Assembly (NCBI GenBank): GCA_963693365.1
Contig: CAVNZM010000011.1
Span: 8,111,937 to 8,175,936 of the forward strand
Reading direction: 5' to 3'
DNA: 64,000 nucleotides
Source of the DNA: Amoebidium appalachense
Lineage: Eukaryota; Protista; Ichthyosporea
How positions within the stretch are numbered: position 1 is the stretch's first letter; every line of letters begins with the position of its first letter. The notes beneath the pieces are model-generated. The model had not been told where the DNA came from. It saw only the letters and a program-made list of their open reading frames with translations, and searched no databases. Positions 56,499 through 64,000 of the stretch are shown piece by piece. The position numbers and the translations under genes are program-made.

Positions 56499-57492
56499 GT
56501 GCGGGCACACACGCAACACACATACCATGGGTGATAGAGATCTGAAGAGCACGCATGATACGTGTGCACGTACTGCTCATGCGTACTGCTCATGCGTACC
56601 GTAGCGCTCATGAATGATGGTCAGTGACGTCACAGCGGCTGGCTCACAGTGGCTCAGCCGCGGTGAGCCGCCTTCTGATCATGCAACCATGGTACGACCA
56701 ATCAACGATCGTAACGATGGCGAGAAGAGGGGCAAAACAGAATCTGAGAAGCTAACGGATAAGCTATGTTCAAAGTGGAGAACGGTGTCGTAGCACAGCA
56801 CAAAAGCATCAATATACCTGAAGAACAGAGATTCAAAAAAACGGTTTTTATCAAGCAGCATATTGACCGATTCTCTCTGATGAAAAATGTTTTTCTGTCA
56901 CTGTTTCAGCCCCACCCATTGCTGTACGTGTGGTCGGTGACGCAACTGGTTAGACGTGCCGGATGGATCTTTTGCCAGCACAATTTAAAATTGGCCAAGA
57001 CGATTTCATTAGTGTTTAGAGCCTACTTTATATTCTATGTCACCGATTTGAGGTGCCAACTGCATACCAATGATCTTGCCTAAAGCTATATAGCCGCTTG
57101 CAAGCGGCCGATATGTGTCAATCCACGCTCAACTCTATTCAGTTCAAATTGAAAGAACATAGGCTTTGTAGAACCAAAACGAAAAACGACTCAATTGAAA
57201 ACATTGAAGTCGACAAAAGCCAAACTGACTAGCCTGAAACACTGGACGAACACAAAGTAGTTGAGTAGCAGCAGGCAACAAGCCTTTAGATAGAGCAGGG
57301 GTTTACGCTGTTTACTCGAGGCAAAGAGAACCAGTCTCAGGTATGGGGGGGGGGGTTTTGCTCGGAATATCCCCTCAGCGGTATATCATGATCACGTACA
57401 TAGATGTCGGGTGGTGACTATATATCAGGGTTTACTTTCTCTACGAGACACCATAAAGACTACAAGGAGAAATCAATTAGTTGGGGTTCCCC

Positions 57493-57556
<64 letters not shown>

Positions 57557-59398
57557 GGGGCTCCCCTCGGGACACTCGGTATCAGCTGGTTGTGTGTGTG
57601 TGTGTGTTTGTGTGTGTGTGCGCGTGCGCTATAATTTTGTAGTGATGTGTTTCTCAAGCCAATCAATACATCTAATAAACAGGTCGTAGTTACGCGTGTT
57701 TAGTATAAAATCAAGGATGTTGTAATTTACAGGTAGGCTATCTTTCTGGGTGTCTGTTGTGAATGTGACGTGTGTGTGTTGCGGTATTATGTGGTCTATC
57801 AAACTACATTTGGCGATACATGACCGGTTAAACTGGTGTGTGTGTGTGTTGTTTGGGCATGCAAATGATGCCACCTTATACTTATTAGATCTCCACTGTA
57901 TAGCACGTGTACAGTAAAAGCGTGGTAATTGATCAATAATACCATCAGCTAGAGAAAGACCAGTTCTACAGGAAGGTAATATGTATTTAGGTGTTATACA
58001 CTTGCGAGTGCCATATTTGGCAATATGGTTGGCAGCGTGGCACGGAGCAAACACTCCGAACAAAACAAACCGAAGTGGTGTAAAAGCCCTTCACAACACA
58101 GAACTTAGTCAAAACTTGAAAAGAATGGCCCCACGGGTGCAGACGTTTTTTATTGAACTCGTTCTGCTGGTGCAGTTTCTTCTGCACGTGTGCCCGTCGC
58201 TGAAGGGCGCCCTTCTGACCGTGTGGGAGCCACTGTGCGCATGGGCCGTGAGCCATTTGGTGTGCTGCGTTGAAAACATGCAGCCGGCGGTGCATGAGCT
58301 GCTGTTCGGCGGGCCTTCGTTCAAGGAGACTTTTCTGGCCACGTGGGAGCTACTGTGCGCCGTGAGCACCACCCTCTGGAACTTTGCCTGCAGGTGGCGC
58401 CAAACCACAGCACTGCCCGCTGTGGTGCCGCGCAAGCGCGCACCGCCCCCCACCTTCGACCAGGCCTACCTAGACCGTATAGCCAAGTTTGAGGCAGAGT
58501 ATCCGGCCCTGAAGGAAGCCCGGAGGGCCGCGGAGTTGGCTGCCCAGGTAGCTGCCGAGGCCACGGTCGACCCAAAAAGCGCGCAGAAGCAGAAAAAGCC
58601 GCGCGCCGTTACTCGACTGGCCGCAAAGCTGGGCTGCAAAGCAAGGGCTGGCCTGTGCCGCCTGTTTGGCCGCACCCAAAGTGAGCCCTCCGCCGTGGTG
58701 CCGTAAACCCCCTGTGCATTCATCCACCGACACCCACGCAGTGGTGGGGATGGTCGGGAGTTGTTCGGGGGGTGCACCACGGCAAGGGCACACAGGGTTC
58801 CACTGGGCGGCCAGACTGCAACCACCGAGGGTCGTGCGTCTGCCTTATGCTCTTATGCGAGTTTCAAAGTTCGCATAAAGTTTCTAGTTAGTATATAAAG
58901 TGTGTTAAAGTCTGACAAAGTTGAAGTTTCAGTGTAGAAAGTCAAAGTGTGATAAAGTCTAATGAAGTTAAAGTGTCAGTGTAGAAAGTCTGGTAAAGTG
59001 TCTTGTGTATAAAGTGTTAAAGTCTGATACAGTCTTAAGAAGTTTCAGTGTAGAATGTTGATAAAGTTTCAGTGCACGTGTACGAAAGTCAGCCGGATAC
59101 TGTCTGATACAGTTTTGTGTAAACGTCTGTGAATGTTTCTAGTGTAGACTAAATAAATTAATGTAGACAAATGAATGTAGTGTAAAAAGATGAAGCCTTA
59201 CAATGTAGACTATTGTGGATGTAAATCGCTATGCCCTTAGTAATGGTTGAATTAAAAACAAATATTTCTTTTGTGGTCTTGTCTTTGCCACCTCCACTCC
59301 ATGCAGTCTGCTATCCCGTGCTCAGCCGACACCTTTCCCAGTACCCCCTTCCCTCCCTCCCCGTCGACCCCCCCCCCCCCCCCCCCCCCCCCTCCCCC

Positions 59399-59447
<49 letters not shown>

Positions 59448-59639
59448 ATACCCACACACACACTCATACCCACACACACACCCACACACGTGCACAAACT
59501 GGCCCTCCACCCATACCCACCGACAAAATTTAAGGAGGGAATGAAAATTTTCTAACGCGCACGTGCAAAGATTCAGGCTGGGAATGGGGGTGAGGTACTT
59601 CAACGGAAAAGATATAACTTAAAGCCAGCCCCTGCCCAT

Positions 59640-59682
<43 letters not shown>

Positions 59683-59685
59683 TAT

Positions 59686-59736
<51 letters not shown>

Positions 59737-59783
59737 CACTTACACACAAATCGTCAGAGAGACGCGCGGGCACACACGAACAT

Positions 59784-59816
<33 letters not shown>

Positions 59817-59826
59817 GACACACACA

Positions 59827-59879
<53 letters not shown>

Positions 59880-60019
59880 GCAAACCGAATTGCCATATAT
59901 GGTAATGATGGATTTCCACCATGTGGCCACGCAAGCACGGTGCTGCCTGTGCCCATGTAGCCACGAATAGCCATATATGGTCAAGTGAAGCTGAATGTGC
60001 GTTGGGGTTCGTTGACGAG

Positions 60020-60067
<48 letters not shown>

Positions 60068-60085
60068 CACTTATACACACACACT

Positions 60086-60139
<54 letters not shown>

Positions 60140-60211
60140 GACACACACACAAACACACACACAAACACACAACACTAACACACAAATGTCAGACACGCAC
60201 AGGCGCACACG

Positions 60212-60284
<73 letters not shown>

Positions 60285-60559
60285 ACACAAACCACATCGC
60301 CATATATGGTAATGATGGATTTCCACCATGTGGCCACGCAAGCACAGTGCTGCCTGTGCCCAGGTAGCCACGAATAGCCATATCTGGACATGTGAAGCTG
60401 AATGTGCGTTGGGGTTTGTTGACGAGGCAAATGGACCCCAAACTGAGTACTGGGGATGACTTGGCCATCCCCTGAGGATGGACTGACTTTGTGTGTGTGT
60501 TGCAAACTGCTTTGTTGGGTTGTCCACCGTGTATTCTATGGCATCGATACCACATTCAA

Positions 60560-60590
<31 letters not shown>

Positions 60591-61001
60591 AAAAAAAAAA
60601 AAAAGAAAAAAGAATAAAAAAAATGAAGAAAGAAAGATTCTGAAAGAAACAAGTCGAGATTCTGAATCATTGATGATGAAGAACAAACACTGCCCATGCA
60701 TGGCACACCCAGGTTTTCTCGAGCCGAATTAGAAGACCCAGGTGATGTAAATCCCCCGTGCTCATTCTAAGGAACATATCGATATCCCAGTGGCCCATGT
60801 TTGTTTTTCGGGCCGACCGTGTATATATGCAAATTTCAAACTTGACGGCCTTCGGTGAACAAAACATCTGCATGGGGTCTTTCTGGGGATGTATTGCGAA
60901 ATTTACAGAAACTCTATGACGTACATAACTACCCAACATGTACAAGCACACATGCATGCACTCACGCACGCACGCACACACACACACACACACAGACACA
61001 G

Positions 61002-61033
<32 letters not shown>

Positions 61034-61605
61034 CCATGTGCACGCGTGCGCACACACAAACACAACACACAGACACACACACGCCGTGTAACACACACCC
61101 ATGTATCCCCCCCCCCCCCCCCCCCCCCCCACCAACCTCCGGATCCCCCTTCTCTGCCCCATCATCCCACACACATACAAACAGGGGATCATTGCACTCT
61201 ATTGGCCGCTCCCTCCGGCCAATCCAGAAACACAACATGTGCCCCATATGCATGATATGTACATCGAAACAATACACCCCGAGGCTACTTGGCACTGGGA
61301 TAGGGGATCAATGCACATTTATTTAAATTTGCCGCTCCCACCGGCCAATATGACAACACCCCAGGTGTCATATTCACCATAAACCGTTACAAGCATCTCA
61401 TAACCATATACGGGCCGGTACACTGCCGGGCATTGCTTACATATAGCATATCAACGCACACAAGGGCATGAAAGAAATCTATGGCAGCTAGATACTAAAC
61501 AGCCTGTGTGTGTTTGATCGCATGCAAAGCATCCCGTATCTGGATTTCCTTATGGCAAACACACACCGACCGTTGCAACCCCCCCCCCCCCCCCCCTCCC
61601 CCTCT

Positions 61606-61636
<31 letters not shown>

Positions 61637-62054
61637 ATGGTGTTGTACATAGAGGGTGGCTACGGTGTGGTGGTCTAGGAGCCTATCGTTACATGTATTG
61701 TTGCGTCACTTCCTGCTCAAAAACTCCATCAGGAGATATTCATCCCCCCAACCTCTCCCCCTCTCGTCCCCCTCCACCGTGTTCCCCTGCTCCGAGGACT
61801 AAAAATATCTGCAAAGTGCGAATAAACAAAACAAATGTGAGTACCCAGAACACACACACACACACACACACAACCACAAACACACACACAAACACACACA
61901 CACACACACACACAACACACTCACACACACGAGCACACACACACACACACACACACACGCACGCACACACACACACACACACGAACACACACACACACGC
62001 GCGCGCGCGCGCGCACGTGTACCCGCACATTTTACCAAACAAAGTTCGTACATC

Positions 62055-62138
<84 letters not shown>

Positions 62139-62302
62139 AGACACACATACGAACACACACTCACACACACACATGCACGCAAATCCACACAGAAATACAA
62201 ACACAAAAAGAAATATAAACACACACATGCACCACACACCACAGATACTCACACACATCCCTCCTCCCCCCCCCCCCCCCCCCCCCACACACACACATAA
62301 GC

Positions 62303-62362
<60 letters not shown>

Positions 62363-62491
62363 ACACTAAGCACCGCTTACACACACATACACACTCACAC
62401 ACATTCCCCCCCCCTTCATGCACTAACAGACGCACGCACACATGCGCGCATGCATGCATGCATGCACGCACGCACGCATGCACACCTACAC
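54994..62491. repeat. Right arm of large inverted duplication (probable parental copy)
   Basis: Mirror of 43508-49965, plus 57299-58031 and a tandem duplication at ~59640-60430 that the left arm lacks. Confidence 0.95.
58125..58706 (+). CDS. Intronless hypothetical protein, copy 2 (193 aa)
   Basis: Same ORF as 46860-47441 with four amino-acid differences (A/T, A/E, V/L, N/T). Confidence 0.55.
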   Translation: MAPRVQTFFIELVLLVQFLLHVCPSLKGALLTVWEPLCAWAVSHLVCCVENMQPAVHELLFGGPSFKETFLATWELLCAVSTTLWNFACRWRQTTALPAVVPRKRAPPPTFDQAYLDRIAKFEAEYPALKEARRAAELAAQVAAEATVDPKSAQKQKKPRAVTRLAAKLGCKARAGLCRLFGRTQSEPSAVVP

Positions 62492-62902
62492 GAACAAACA
62501 CACACACCATCCACATTCACCCCCACCATTCCCCTCGACTGCTGGACAGTGCCACACTATTTCCAGATGCGGTTGTTTTCAGCCCGGCTGCCTCCTTATT
62601 CTGCGCAAAAAAAGACAAAATATATAAACAAATCAGAATTACATTTCTCTCGAAGAAACATACTCAACCCCTGCTAATCCTTACTACTTATCCCCTTTGT
62701 ATACACCTCCCCCCCTCCCCCCTCCCCCCCCTGGGACCCATTGACATGCCCCCTGCCGTTGACACACAAAACATGAACAAAGCAAAGCAAAGTAGACTAT
62801 ACCCTATCCCTTGTGATACCTCTGCCATATCATGTTATTTGTAACTTGATTTAATCCGAGAATCTGGCAGCACATAGACCACTGACCAGGAATTGTACCC
62901 TG

Positions 62903-63006
<104 letters not shown>

Positions 63007-64000
63007 AGAACAACACAAGAGAAAAAAGGAATGTCATAGGGTATAGTCTACTCAATGGCGAGAAGCCGTTAACCTAACACGCATAGAGAAACATGAAATT
63101 GTGGTTATCTACTTCGTGATGGGAAACTTAGCTGAATAAAGCTGAGCAAGAAGGTGGAATAGGCGGGTTCCATGAATAAGAAATGTGAAAAACGAACGTC
63201 ATTTACTCCGCCTGCAAGAGAAGTGAACTGTATTGTTTGTTTGTATTTCGTGTATGTGATATCTGTGATATCTCGTTTGTTAATATTTTGGAAGCATACC
63301 AATAAAGTCATTATATAGAAATAAAGCACGGCATCAAGTAGGGCTGGATGGTGGTGTGGTGTGAACACGTGTCTGCACAGTGTAACTAGCCTGCAAATAA
63401 CTGAACTCAATTTAGTGGCTGAACAGGGGGAGGGAGGGAGGGAGGGAGGGAGGGAGGGCGGGGGGAGGGGGGGGGGGGAGGACTGGGAGGGGGGGAGGGG
63501 GGGGGGGGGGGGGGGAAGGGGGGAATGGGGGAATTTGGGGGTCGTGAGGGGTATGGGAGCCCCGAGAGAGATATTTTGGCCAGGGGAAGCATCTGAGCGA
63601 CCGCTTTGAGGAAATGGTGGTGGTTTAAGCGCCAGGGGGGTCCTTTTTGAATCAGGGGGGTTTCACAGATATACACACCTGTCTTGGATATTTTATATTT
63701 CAAACTGTTTCTTTGTTTTTGTTTTCATCCATTTATTTGAGGTGATATGTGGCACCGGGTGCCATTTTTCAGGTACTAGCCCCAAGAGACCAATATACCT
63801 AGTTTCTAGATTGTGCCCGTCAAACAGGCATGGCAGAATGGCCGGGCTGTACATATTTACACAAAGACATGGGGGCTTTTTCTAGTTTTCTACGGAACTG
63901 AAATGGGGGGGGGGGGGGGGGGGGGGGGGTTCCGGTATCATAACTGAACTTTTTTCCTATCGACAGAAGGGGGTCTAACATGGTGTGGTGGTGCTGTGAG

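Noticed and set aside
62526-62602. Possible minus-strand exon NKEAAGLKTTASGNSVALSSSRGE
   Set aside because: Splice sites are plausible, but no compatible neighbouring exon was found.

Overview
Intron-rich eukaryotic DNA saturated with (CA/TG)n microsatellites and poly-G/poly-C tracts. Most ORFs in the supplied track are repeat artefacts. Gene content and style suggest a unicellular eukaryote, possibly a protist opisthokont, but that is inference. Hand splicing gives: a 17-exon HEATR3/Syo1 gene (minus, 5425-20172); a 7TM cAMP-receptor/Git3-like GPCR (23941-27949); an 8-exon plant/Dictyostelium-type acetylornithine deacetylase (35089-41576); and the first exon of an unknown gene near 1.5 kb. 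Mobile elements include a PIF/Harbinger MITE, a piggyBac MITE, and a copia LTR+gag fragment fused tail-to-tail to a dead LINE RT. The main feature of the right third is a ~19 kb inverted duplication (arms 43508-49965 and 54994-62491). It carries an intronless orphan ORF, TIR-like ends, a possible PIWI-like relic, and a phase-consistent 7-exon fragment of a possible PD-(D/E)xK nuclease-like gene whose 3' exons are mirrored in antisense.
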